Source: the human T2T-CHM13v2.0 reference genome, Homo sapiens
Length of the DNA stretch: 64,000 nucleotides
Assembly: GCF_009914755.1 (NCBI RefSeq)
Contig: NC_060946.1
Direction: 5' to 3' (one strand)
The position numbers were made by a program, and so were the translations under genes. Shown one piece after another: positions 27,601 through 41,661 of this stretch; the stretch's first letter is position 1; each line of letters opens with the position of its first letter. The notes beneath the pieces are model-generated. The model did not search any database. It was not told the DNA's origin and saw only the letters and a list, made by a program, of their open reading frames with translations.

Positions 27601-30600
27601 AGTTCTGCCCCTGCTCTCTTGGTCTTTGCTGGACTGCAGGGCAGTCTGGGACTATTGAGGCGCCCAGGATAACGGTTGGACCCTCGTGGCTGGAGAGGCC
27701 CTTTGTACTGGGAAGCATCTTACTGGGGGTTGGGGGCAGGGCCACACCTCCCCTGATGGGCGGTCGGTCGGCTCCAGGCACCCCAGACACACTCCTGGAA
27801 ACTTCCTGGTTTCAGGGCCAGGCTCCCTTTGCAGGGCTCCCGGTGCACCCCGGGATCAGCCTGGCCTGTCATATCAGACTGGGGGCAACTGAGGCGTTGG
27901 CCTCCCCCCGGGCACCCCTGCTCATGGTTACTAGTGCTCTGGCACACAGGCTGGGCCAGCTCCGCCTGGTGCTCCCCTTGGTCCGCTGGGAAGGCTGAGC
28001 ACCGGAGGGCGCCTGTGTGGCTGGTAAGGCGCTGGGTTCTCATTAGTTCTGGGTTCCTGCAGAGGAAGGGCTTGCAACATTCAGCTGCTTTCCTGACTAA
28101 TTAATGAGCCGCCGGAGGCCTGGGGAAGCAGGTAGGTGCAGGAGCCCGGCCCGAGACCCTGTGACCTCCACGGGCCTGGTGTCCACTTCCCTCCCTTGCT
28201 TTTGGATGTGGGCACCTAGTACAGAGGAGGGCCAGGTCTGAAGGGAGAGTAGGCTACCCCAGGACTCTGCTGCGGGCTTGGCCTGCCAGCCCGGGCTTGC
28301 GGGGACCCTTCCCCAGGTGGGAGGCCCAACTTCTTCCTGCTGCCTTGCTGACCCACTTCAGGAGTGGGTGGTTCTGCCATAGGGCAGTAGCACTTGGGGC
28401 TGGGGAGGCCATCCTTCCTGCTGAGGAGTCATTGGGTCCAGGCAAGCCCGCGAGGGCTGTCCTCTGCTGGTGTCGCGTGTCAGGACTGTGGGAGCCACCC
28501 CTGGTGCATTCCAGGTACCTGGCAAAGGGGTCCCTGCTCTGCTGGGCCTGTTTGTGTTCGCGCTGCAAGTTCTCTGCCTCTCTGGCTGATCTCGAAGTCT
28601 CTGGGGGATTGGCTTGCGGAAAGGGCGTGTATGTGAAAATTTCAGTGTTTCTCTGAGGTCCAGGTGCCCAGCTGCATCCTGACACTCTGTGATGAAGTGA
28701 AGTTCCACTGACTTTGAAGCTGTGAGTTAGTAACGGGAGAAGCTCCTGGCCATGTGGCCGGCCTGTGACAAGGGCTTCCTTTCTGCCTCGCCCTGCGGCG
28801 CTGCCCCAGTGCAGGTGCCTCCGGGGGCTCTGCTGTCCCCCTGAGGCTCCAGGTCTAAAGGACTCTGTTTTTTGGCCAAGAAGAAAGAGTTTCTGTCTCC
28901 CAGATGGGAGGGTCTAGGTGTGGAGCAGGCCTCGCTTAGTGGAGTACTTTTTGTGGATTTAGCCCTTCACAGAGATCTCCATGTTTACCTTGAAGCAGAC
29001 ACACGTGTGTCGGTGTTGTGGAAGACGGCGCAGTCATAGGAAGGTGGGATGAGGATGGGGTCAGCTGTACGCTGAGGGCACAGGTACCTTTGGAGGAGCG
29101 ATTGCGGGTCCCAGTGTTTGCGCAGCCCTCCAGGACTCCTGAAGTCCTGTCTCCCTGTCCGGAAGCGGTGGCCTTCACCACCCTGGGTTGAGCCCTGCTG
29201 CCTGTCTGTCTGGAAGGTCAGGACTTGGGCAGCCTCCCTGTCCTTGCTGAGACGGCCTTTTGGCCCCTTGGCATCAGGAGCCCCAGGGGAGGCCTGGGGG
29301 ACCAGCAGTGAGAGGTGCAGGGAGGGGGGTGGCCGACTCTGGTTCCTGGCTGATGGGCTCGGCCTGGGGCCACTCTCCTCCCAGCAGCCGCTGTCCAGCA
29401 GGAGGGAGGGAACAAGGCAGGCGGGTGGACAATTGTGACTTGTTGTCTGGGCCTGAGTGGGAAAGAGCTGTTTAAATAGCCATTTTCATGAATCTGTTTT
29501 CTTCAGGGGTGAAGAATGGGGGACCCAGGGAGCCGTTTTTCCACACTTCTCCTTTTGTGTGGAGATAGAGGCCACCCCGTGGCTAATCCGTCCCCCCGGC
29601 CACTCTGGTCTTCCAGTGTTTGTGGAGATGAATAGGGCTGTGAACCGAGAGAGAGGCAAATTGCGGTCCATAATTGCAGCCTCGGTATGTCCCAGCTTTG
29701 TGAGAACAGGTCCTGCCCACCGCACCAGGCCTGGCTGGGCAGCCACAGGCCCAGGAAGAAAGCAGGGCCGCAGCGTGGGGTCCGGCACTGGGGCCTGGGC
29801 AGCTGCTCTTCTTGCCTTGTCATCCTTAGGACACGCTGACCCTCCTCTGGGAGGGGAGAGCCGTCCTTTCTTCTGAACTGCCTGGTGTGTGCACGTGCTG
29901 TGTCTGCATGGGGTGTAGTTAAAGTGGGGGACGAGGGCGGGAATCCCAGGACCCTGATGGAAGAGCCGGCCGCTTCCTTAGGGTGCAGACGACGTGTGTC
30001 ACGGAGACGCGAGAGGGAAGCCAGCACTTTATCTCCATCATCATGTTTGGCCTCCAAATACGGAGTTAAGGAAACGGCGAGAAGTATAAAAATATTTTCC
30101 ACCTCCCTCTTCCAAAGACTTTACAATATTTTTCTGGAAGTCTTGAGTCACTTGGACTCCAGCACTCCAGCACAGATGAGCAGGCTTTGGTGTGGAAGCT
30201 TAATGTAAACAGAAGGATAGGAAAATACTTCAAAGAGGAAGGAATGCGGCAAGCCTGGGCCACCCAGGCAGGCCACAGCGGCAGAGAGGTTTCTGGGCTT
30301 TGGCACCCAAAGGGACATGAGAAAGCCGGGAAATCATTCGGCCCGATCCTTTCTGAATGGGAGGGAGAACCCAGTGCCTCTTTCCTTTAAATGTGGGTTT
30401 GAGGTTCAACTCTATCTCGGTAAATCCTTTTGGTGGCAGGGGAGTGCATTCGACGGCTTGAACGTGCTGTGCAAAAGCCTCTTTTGCAGGTTAATATTGA
30501 GAACTTTGCGTCCAGCGGCCGCGGCACGGTGTACCCGGGCCTCGATTCCAGAAGCGCTTTCAGAACCGCTGTGGCGTGCCTGTCTTTGAGCAGCTGCTCG

Positions 30601-32644
30601 GAGGGCAGACTGTTGATTGAGTCAACGGATTCAACTTCCATTGATTTAGTTAGCTGGCTCTTTCGGAAATGAGGCGTCCTCCTGCAAACCCATGTGGCCC
30701 GTAACAAGGGGCATGCTCAGCTCCGTGAAGGCAATTGATGGTGTATGAATGGTTATGGCTCCGCGCAGTCATCATTAATTGATGCTGTCTTTACAAGATT
30801 AGCAGCCAATGCAGAGTGTTCGTCTATCTGTTAGATGGATCAGTTTATTTTTTAAGAAATGGATAGAGAACTTCTTAGGAGACACAGCACAGTTCCCGGC
30901 CCTAAGACTCCATCAAAAATATTTGCTGAATGCGTACAGCCATTCTGTCCCAGAGGCATAGAGCTAGGGCTGTGGATGGTCCATGATGGGTTGGGTGAGG
31001 GCTTGGTAGATGCCCTTGAGGTTTCCCAGAGCAGCAAGGCTGTTCTTGGTGAGGGCTCGAGGCTGCACCGGGCTCCATTCTGAGTGTCTAACGGTGGAGG
31101 AGGAACTCACTGCACGCGGTGTGTGTGGAAGGAGGAGGGAGTTCGGCAGCTCTGTGTTCTCAATGCTTACGGCCAGCTGTGCCTGCACCCCTGCACCCAG
31201 TCTTGGCATGGGGCTGCCCCGGCCGCCAGGCTCCGAGCTTGGAGCTGGCTGCTCATTTCTCCCTGAGTCTCAGACTGCGTGTGGAGGGGTGCTGGGCTTT
31301 GTCTAGGGGCCCCAGGGGCTTCCCTAGCCCACTTCCTGGGTGCATTGTTTTTATGGCCCTGATGAGGTGTGCAGGCAGACAGAGCGCAGGGGCATCGCAG
31401 TGCCGCCCCACATGGCAGGTGTCCCTCAGCCTGCCTCTCCCCGACCCTCCAGCAGACGCTGTTTGCAAGGCCAGGTAGGTGTGAACGGCTGCTGGGAGGG
31501 GTGGAAATGAAAAGGCGTTAAAAATAACCAACTCTTTTATCATCATTTACTATCATTTCTTGTGTGACACAGAATCTAAATAAAACCCACACTCACCGTA
31601 ATGGGATTCTCATCTGCTGTGTCTCTGACAACTGTAAAAGTTAGAATATAAAAGGACTGGAAATGGAGGTGACTTCCAGACACAAGGTGGCTCATCACAG
31701 CCTTGCTGGGCACAGGAGTCCCAGCCTCCCAGGCCTCCCTGCAAGGGCCGAGCCAGTCCCTGCCGAGGGCCAGGCTGGCAGTGGACGGACGGGGCCAGCT
31801 GGGGGTCCCTCCCACTGCACACTCGGGAGGATTGGATTGCGGCTGATCTTGCCGCCGGCATCTGTGGAAACTCATCAGTCTCCCATGTTGCTGCCGTGCT
31901 GAGCACAGTGCGAGAAAGCCGTGCGGAGAATGGTTTTATTCCCCACTCGGTGGTCTGGAGGTGGGTGGTTTTTGCCCGTCTCTGGGCGCGCGGAGCTGTA
32001 GGAGAGGGGCCACTGGCGAGGCCGTGTCCGTGCTCAGTAGAGTGCTGGCTGCAGACACAGCCCAAGAGCCCCTGGGCCTGGAGAAGGCCGGGTTAGGGGG
32101 CAACCTTCTTGGAAGGGTTCACTGCTGACATTTTCATGTGTGTGCATATGTGTGTGTGTACACGTGCCTGCTTATGCATAACTAAATGCTCACAGGTGTT
32201 CATATCATTGTGTGTGATCTTCTTAAACATAAACTACAGGATCATGCATTATAAACCTCATTTAAAATACAGCCCCTTCGTTAGGGAGCAGCGCACGCAG
32301 GCAGTGGTGTTCCTGTGTTCCTGGAGAGGGGAGGGAGGCATCCTCACCTTATTTACGCAGAGACACATAGTTTTGTGGCTGCACTGCGATCTGAGCAGAC
32401 AGAAAACATGGAGCGAAGCACGCAGCTGTGGGTCTGCGTGGAACATGGGACTGTTCGCTCACACACGCACCCAGTGAGTGGACAGGGCTCCTTTGAGACC
32501 AACCATGGGACCCGGTAGCCTTTGTACTGTGGGAGCCCTGACCTGCCTGTCGGGGCAGGCGGCCCTTTCCTCGTTCTCCTTTTACCTGGGCTCTGTGTGT
32601 GAGCCCACCTCTCCCAGAGACACGCACTGCGGTGCCCCCCAACA

Positions 32645-35600
32645 GAGACACACCACACACTACACGATGCACACACCCACACCACACAAAATACACAACG
32701 CATACCATACACCCCACATACTGCACACACTACACACCATATGCTGCACACCACATACACACCCCACACGCAAAATACACCACATACCACACACAAAATA
32801 CACCACACACAAAATACACCACGTACCACACACAAAATACACCACATACCACACACAAAATACACCACACACAAAATACACCACATACCACACACAAAAT
32901 ACACCACATACCACACACAAAATACACCACACACAAAATACACCACACACCACACACAAAATACACTACACACAAAATACACCACACACAAAATACACCA
33001 CATACCACACACAAAATACACCACACACAAAATACGCCACATACCACACACAAAATACACCACACGCCACACACAAAATACACCACACACCACACACAAA
33101 ATATACCACACACACCACACACAAAATACACCACACACGAAATACACCACACACCACACACAAAATACACCACACACTACACTCAAAATACACCACACAC
33201 AAAATACAGTACACACCACACACAAAATACACCACACACACCACACACAAAATACACCACACATGAAATACACCACACACCACACAATAAACCACACACA
33301 AAATACACCACACACACCACACGCAAAATACACCACACACACTGCACACAAAGTACACCACACACAAAATACACCACACACGCCACACACTAAATACACC
33401 ACATGCCACACACACACCACACACCACACACAAAATACACCACACACAAAATAAACCACACACAAAATACACCACACACCACATGCAAAATACACCACAC
33501 ACACCGCACACAAAGTACACCACACACAAAATACACCACACACCCCACACACAAAATACACCACACGCCACACACACATCACACGCCACACACACACCAC
33601 ACACCACACACAAAATATACCACACACCACACACACAGTGCACTCCAAACACAAAATATACACATACCACACACCACATACAAAATACACCACACACCGC
33701 ACACACACCACACACTATACACACACCACACACCACACACAAAATACACCACACACCACACACACACCACACACTATACACAAAATACGCACACCAGTGC
33801 ACACCAAACACAAAATATACACATACCACACACCACATACAAAATACACCACACACCACACACAAAATACGCCACACACACACCACACACACAGTACCCA
33901 CCGCACACAAAATATACACATACCACACACCACATACAAAATACACCACACACTACACAGTGCAACCAAACACAAAATATACACATACCACACACCACAT
34001 ACAAAATACACCACACACACCACACATCACGCACACACACCACACACCAAATATACACACACCACACCCCACACACGAAATACACCATACACAAACCACA
34101 CACAAAATACACCACACACCACACACATGCCTCACACAAAATATACACACCCCATAGCCCACACACACTATGCACCACACACAAAATACACCACACCCCC
34201 CACACACATCACACACAAAATATACACACGCCACATCCCACACACACCACACACAAAATGTGCCACACAGACACCACACGCACAGTACACGCCACAGAAA
34301 ATATACCATGCAAACACACCACACAGCACACAACACACCACATACAAAATACACTACATATATACACACGCCACACAAAAAATACACCACACACACACGC
34401 AACATCATACACACACGCCACACACCACACAAAATAAACCTCATACACCACACACACACCACACACCACACACCATACACACACCACACACAAAATATAC
34501 CACACACACCATATACACCTACCCACACATATAACACACCACACACCACACGCCACACACCACACACAAAATACACCACATACACCACACATACCAGACA
34601 CCACACACCACTCACAAAATATATCACACACACACACCACACACACACACCAATCACATGCACACACCCCCCCACAAAACATCACATACATCATACACAC
34701 ACCACACACCACTCACCACACAAAATACACAACACACAAAATACACCACATACACCACACACATTGGACACCACACACTTACAAAATACATCACACACCA
34801 CACACACACACACCACACACACAGCAGACAGCAGACCACACACACACAAAATACACCACACAGATATCACACACACCACACACACCGTGCACCACACACA
34901 GTACACACCACACGCACAGTACACACCACACACATAGATACACATGGCACACAAAATATACTATGTAAATACACCACACACGTACACACCACACACAAAA
35001 TATACTACACATTCACACCACACACAAAATACACCACACACACACACACATACACACCACACAAAATACACACACATCACACACACTACATGCCATGCAC
35101 CACACGACACAAAATACACCTCACACACACCACACCACACACGCATGCACACACACCACTCACAAAATACATCACACATGCACCACACACACAGCACAAA
35201 TCACACACACATACACCACAAACACACACCACACAAAATGCACCACACACCCCACACGCACCATATACACGCACCCTCCACACACACACAACACACCACA
35301 CACATCACACACGCTACATGCCACTCACCACACAAAATACAGCACACACGCATACACACGTATACAACACACAGCACACAACACGCTAAATACACCACAT
35401 ACCACAAGCACACCATTCACAAAATACATCTCACACACACACACCACACACACACACACACACCACACACACACACACAAAATACACTGCACTGATATCA
35501 CACACACACCACACAGAAAATACATCACACACATTCACATGTACACACACACACCACATGCAGAATACACCACACACACTAGATACCACACGCACACCAC

Positions 35601-36510
35601 TCACAAAAAACATCACACACACAGCATACACTACACACACAGCACACACCACGCACACACACACAATACACCACACAGATGCCACACACAAAATACACCA
35701 CACACTAGACACCACACACGACACACTGTGCACACATACCACATGCCAAACACCACACACACACAGAAACCCACAAACATACCACATACACAACATACAT
35801 ACACAGATAATATACCACCTAACCACACACAACACACACACATAAAATACACCACATACACATACAAAATATTCACACACACACACATAAAATACACCAC
35901 ATACACATACAAAATATTCATACACCACACAGCACACACCACACACACCACACACCACATACACACACACAACACATCACACACATGCCACATCCCACAC
36001 ACCACACAAAATACACCACACATACACCACATACAAAATACACCACATACACCATACAAACTAGATACCACACACCACTCACAAAAAACATCACACTGCT
36101 CATACCACACAGCACACACTGCAGACACACAATACACCACACAGATACCACACACAACAAAATACACCACACACACTAGACATCACACACACACTATGCA
36201 TTATGCACACACACCACACACACCACAAACATACACAACGTATACACAGACACAGAATATACCACACACAACACACACACATAACATACACCACATACGC
36301 ATACCAAATACGCATACCACACACACACCACACATACCCTGTGAAGGCCACGCACACACAAAGCGCAGAAACACACCCCCACACAAACACATGCCAAGAC
36401 ACACACACACAAACATACACCACATGCATGTTATACACACACAGCCAAACATCATAAACACACGTTACACCCATCACACCGCACACACACGATACCCCAA
36501 ACACCACACA
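32645..36510. repeat. ~3.9-kb CA-rich low-complexity/minisatellite array (core cacacacaaaatacac)
   Basis: + strand almost only C and A; regular ~14-23-bp units at 32770-33300, more degenerate distally. Source of the H/T-rich and V/C-rich pseudo-ORFs. Confidence 0.97.
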
Positions 36511-39500
36511 GTCTGCAGCTCACCCCGTGGGCCCAGCCTGGCGTTCTGGAGGAAGGGAGAGGAGGGTGGACCCCAGCTTCGGCCTCTGCCCCTGAAGCCT
36601 TGTCCCCATCCTCACCCAGACCCTGACCCTGGCCCTCGCTGGCTGGGCCTCTGCAGAGGCTTCCTGAGGAGGAAGGTACTGCCCTGACCTTCACAGCTGG
36701 GGCAAGTGTGGCCCAGTGAGGTCAAGGGAGGGTGCAGATCCCAGAGGATAGCAGTACAGGTGCAGCCACGTGGCTCTCTTCTCTCTATGACCCCAGGCAG
36801 AGGTGGCGTGGGTGTTGCCTGGGCATTGCACACTCACCTCCTGCTGCAGGCTGCATCACCCGTCTTGCAGGTCTTGTGCTCCTCCCAAGGGTCACACCCA
36901 CCTATGCAAATAACCTTTGGGACGAGGAAGCCCCACCTGCAGCATGATACCAGGCTAGTGGCTGGGCTTCTGGGACCCTCGGTCTCCTCTTTGCAGGAAG
37001 GGAATGATAAAAGGAGTGGAAGCCCGAGGACTTCCACGGGGGTCCCCTGACAGATGGCCCCAGCAGTGACCTTGTGCAAAACCCAGGAGCCACCCCTGCC
37101 AAGTGCTGGGCGTGTCTGTGGAGCAGATGAGGCCACAGGCACTGGCCACAGGACTGCGCTGTCTGGAGAGGGATTCGCACACATTTGCAGGGGTGCAGGG
37201 CTGGTGTTCTCAGGATTTTGCCTGGCTTCTCTGGATCCGGAGGTCCTGGGAAGGTGGCTTGGACCCTGGTGGGCGGAGTCTTTGAAGTGCAGTCTGGAAT
37301 CTTCCATGCACAGTTGGGCGACCTGGACAGTGCCCACTGTGTTCTCTAGAGAGTTCCTCAAGGATGCAGCCCCTTTGTCCAGACACTGTTGCAGGAGGCA
37401 GGGAGGGAGGCCTGCCCCATGTCCCCTGGATGGCAGGATGGGCTCCCACCTTGTGTCTGGCTGGGCTGTAGTGTGCGGGGCAGCCAAAAGGCACCCTCCG
37501 GGTAATCAAGGCCTACCCCACATGGGGACTCTGGTGAGAACCGGGCCTCCACCGACCCCCTGTCCAGGGTGCAGGAGCCAGGCCCATGCTGTCAGCTGTG
37601 TCTGTCTGTGGTTTCCCTGTGGCTTCATGGCACATGCAGGTCTCTCTTCATGCTTTGGGTGTGGAAGCCGTCGTCAGCTGAGAGTGTTCTGTGGGTGGGT
37701 AGCTCTCCTTCCTCCTGAATTTGGGGTGACCTTCTGTGTGGAGGCCCATGACGGTTTCCCATGCATTCCGGGGCTCTGGGATGCTGTGGGCACGAGTTCT
37801 GGAGGGGTCTGCACACCTAGGTTCATCTCACGGGCCTCGGGGTGGGCAGAGGGTCCTGGACTGCAGGGACTTGCCCTTCTTTGCAGCTTTGTGCTTTGGT
37901 GGTAAAGAAAGGGCTGTGTCCTCAGCCACACTGGGAGCTGCTGCCCTTGCGTGGAACAGGAGCAGCTGTTTGTGGGCAGTCCAGGTGTGGGCTGCAGGCG
38001 GGTCGGGGTGGGCTGCAGGCAGGCATTTAAGGAAGTCACAGCTCCAGGCACCAAGGAGGCAGTGGCTGCTGGCCCTGTCCTTTGCTGCATTTCTGTGGAC
38101 TCCTAGCCCAGGGAATGGAGCCCTGGAGGGTCCCAGGGTAGCCGGTGTCACCTGAAGTGTCCCAGGGACACCTGGTCCTCTGGCTGATGGGGCCGCCCTG
38201 TGGGGTAGGCCAGGCCCTGGCTCTCTGGCCCTCAGGGCAGGGTGCGGGTTCCCCACTTCCCCGGCCCTCACACACACCCTTCCAGCCACCCGCGTGAGCA
38301 TGCTCCAAACACGGCCTTCTGCCCTTGCCTTTTCTTCTCCTTTTGCGTTTTAAAAATCAAATCAGCGGTTCGGAAGGCCTGGAGCTTGGAGGACTCACGC
38401 AGAGGCGGCCTTCTGCCTGCCCTCAGGGGCTCCTGAACTTCCCAGAAGCAGCCCTCCCTCCCAGGCTGAACTTTCTGTCTCAGTCCCCGCACTTTCCCAG
38501 CTAGGCGGGCTCCTTGTTCCTGCCCATTTTACTCCAGAAGGGAAGCAGGCAGGCCCGGGTTATCCTGCAGGTGCCAGGAGCCCCCTTGGCCAAGCTCCAT
38601 CTGTGCATAATGGGGGCTCCAGTGGTTTGGGGGGTTGGTCCATGGGAGAACTGGATGTTCACCAGGGGTCAGCATTGGCCTTGAAGTGTGGAGAAGGGTC
38701 ATCTTGGCAGAGGTGGCAAGGTGGTGAGCCCCTGGGGCTGAGCACAGGTGCGTCTGGTGAGAGGGGCCTGGCCATGACCGCAGTGACTGCTCTTCACTGT
38801 CACCTCCTTTGCTCCTCAGGCCACCTGCGCAGAGGGTGTGATCCTTGCATGACTTTGCCATTGAGGAAATGCAAGGGCAGAAAGTGCAGTCTCGGCGGCC
38901 GCCCGAGAACCAGGTGCCCTCTCTCCCGACTTTGCTCCCTGGATGGGGCTGCACTGCCCGTCCTGAAAGGCTCTGCTGAGGCATTGGGGGAAGGAAGGCA
39001 TTGCTCGCAGTGGGAGGGGTCCTGCAGAGGGTCCCAGGCAGGGTGGGTGCTACCTTCAAAGTTGACAGTGGGACTCCTCACCCCGTCCCCTGTGTTGGAC
39101 TCGAAGTGGGTCCCCATGGATTGAGTCTGGTGGCTGCTGGGTATCGGGGCTGGTTTCTGGGCTATGGTCTCTTGCTGTGACAACGGGGACCTGCGGGGAT
39201 GGGGGCACGATTCGGTGCCACCTCCCTGCCTCTGTGGCCTCCCAGTTGGGGCAGGGCAGGGCCTGGAGGTTCTAGAAGGCCCTTGGTTCAGGTGAGCACA
39301 GTGCCTTCGGGGATGCTCCTGGCAGAAGACTCAGGAATCTGTGGGAAGACCCGTCCCCGAGACCATTCCAACTGGACCGCATGGAGCCAACCTGGCCCCC
39401 CGTGATCTTCCCTGGGTATATTTAGAAGAGGTCATGGAGCCTTTACAATACACACTCTTCAAAGTCAGCCTCTGCCTCAGAGAAGGTGGATTTTATTAGC

Positions 39501-39893
39501 CAATTACCTTCCTTCTCCTCCGATTACAGAAGCAGCCAAGCAGGCCTTCTGATTCGCTTCACCGATAGAAGAATGCAGACCTTGCTTATAAATAACTGTG
39601 CTTTGCAGAACCAGAAAATCCATCTTCAGACCCTCCTGTCCCCAGGGAATGCCTGCACAGTGACAACTCCCTGCTCCTGCCCGCTGGTTGCCTTGGGGAC
39701 AACCTTGATAGACATGCTGGCCTCAGTTTGGCATGCACGTATTGAGTACCTGCTGTATGCCGGACATGGGCTGCTTGCTGGCGGAAGGTGGCCAGGGGGT
39801 GACTGGCTGGGGGTTTGGTAGGTCTCATGGGATCATTTATGTGAAAAGGCAGAGTGAGGACTTGAGTCTCTGCACCTGTGAGAAATGTACACC

Positions 39894-40485
39894 TGTGGGG
39901 TCAGTTGGAGGTCCCCAAAGACAGAGCCACCTGGAAACCAGGGTCGGTTGGAGGTCCCCAAAGACAGAGCCACCTGGAAACCCAGGGTCGGTTGGAGGTC
40001 CCCAAAGAGCCACCTGGAAACCCAGGGTTGGTTGGAGGTCCCCAAAGACAGAGCCACCTGGAAACCCAGGGTCGGTTGGAGGTCCCCAAAGACAGAGCCA
40101 CCTGGAAACCCAGGGTGCTCTCTCATTTGGAAAAAGGGCCTTTGCAGATGTAGTTAAGGTCAGGTTCTCAAGATGATGGTGCCTTAGGTTAGGATGCACC
40201 CAAACTCCAAAGGCAAGTCCTTAGAAGAGAAGAGAAGCAAACAGAGAGGGGGCCTCATGAAGATAGCACAGGGTCTGGAGTGATGTGGCCACACGCTGAG
40301 GAGCACCCGCAGCCATCAGGAGCTGGAAGAGGCAGGAAGGATCCTCCCTGGAGCTTTTAGAGGAAGCGCAGGCCCAAGACACCTTGATTTCCAACTTCTG
40401 CCCTCCAGAACTGTGAGAGCAGAAACTCCTGTTTTTAAGCCACGAGTTTGTGGTGGTTTGTTACAGCGGCCAGAGGAACCGGATA
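39894..40485 (+). mobile_element. MLT1C-like LTR whose 5' end is amplified into a ~44-bp x5 minisatellite (39894-40115)
   Basis: Units ggtcggttggaggtccccaaagacagagccacctggaaacccag (ttggagg at 39905, 39948, 39992, 40032, 40076), then atttggaaaaagggcctttgcagatgtagttaag...cctccagaactgtgagag...tttgttacagcggcc. Confidence 0.85.
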
Positions 40486-40527
40486 TAGCAGGCCAAGCCG
40501 AAGATCTTGTCACAGGGGATTGCAGCC

Positions 40528-40530
<3 letters not shown>

Positions 40531-40558
<28 letters not shown>
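40531..40558. repeat. (GT)14 microsatellite
   Basis: Pure gt run. Confidence 0.95.
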
Positions 40559-41355
40559 CACGCGCACATGCACGCGTGCTTGGGGGTCTCTGGTCAGCGT
40601 GGCTGGCGGATGGGGCCTGGGTCTGATTCGGGTCCACCTTGTCTCAAGGAGGACCTGGAGGGGACAGATGCTCCGTCAGCATGAAGGGGAAGATCCGGAT
40701 TCCCATCCCGGAGGTGGAATGCCACGGAGGCGAGGGCCCTTGAGTTGGGGGTTAAAGAAGAAGCTGGTTTTCCCGAGGAGATCGGGGTTGGGGTGGCCAG
40801 CCCAGAAATTCTTAATGCTCCTCCTTCCATAAATCCAGCATTGCCCAGAGCAAGGGCACGCACCGCTGTTGGCCTGCAAGATGGTTTTATGCGGATGCGG
40901 ACGGGCATTTGTTATTTTAATAGCTGTGTATCAGCTTTTATGGCTACCTTCTATTTATGGCAAAGGCGCTGGCTTTCCATTCACGGGCTGATGGGAGGTT
41001 TCTTTTTAGCAGTGAGGTGATACATGGGTATGGTGCAACCCTGGCGGATTCACAGGTGGCCCAAGCCCGGGAGACACTGTTGTGGCTTCTCGAGCATCTC
41101 CTAAACACCCAGTGTAGAGAAGGGGCTGAGCCTGGGCCGAGCTGACCATGAGGGGCTGCCATACACAGACCCAGGACTGTGACTCTGAGAGCCCACCGGC
41201 TGGTGTACCTTTGAAAGTGACATTTTCATTTTTTTTTTAATCCAAAAGAAAATTGTGGAAAAGATCAATGTTTGTGCCCAGCCTCCTCCAGGCCATTTCC
41301 TATTCCAGTTGGAATCCGTTGTGACCAGCTTCACAGTTACCTGGTATGTTATTAA

Positions 41356-41661
<306 letters not shown>

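Noticed and set aside
25406-27790. Long overlapping ORFs (200-362 aa) on both strands of the CpG island
   Set aside because: R/G/A/P-rich and present in several frames at once, as expected from stop-codon scarcity at extreme GC; no recognisable domain.
27993-28012. REST/RE1-like site (tgagcacc-ggagggcgcc)
   Set aside because: Half-site spacing is wrong and the right half is mismatched.
32353-36687. Very long His/Thr-rich and Val/Cys-rich ORFs (up to 530 aa)
   Set aside because: Translations of the CA-rich repeat.
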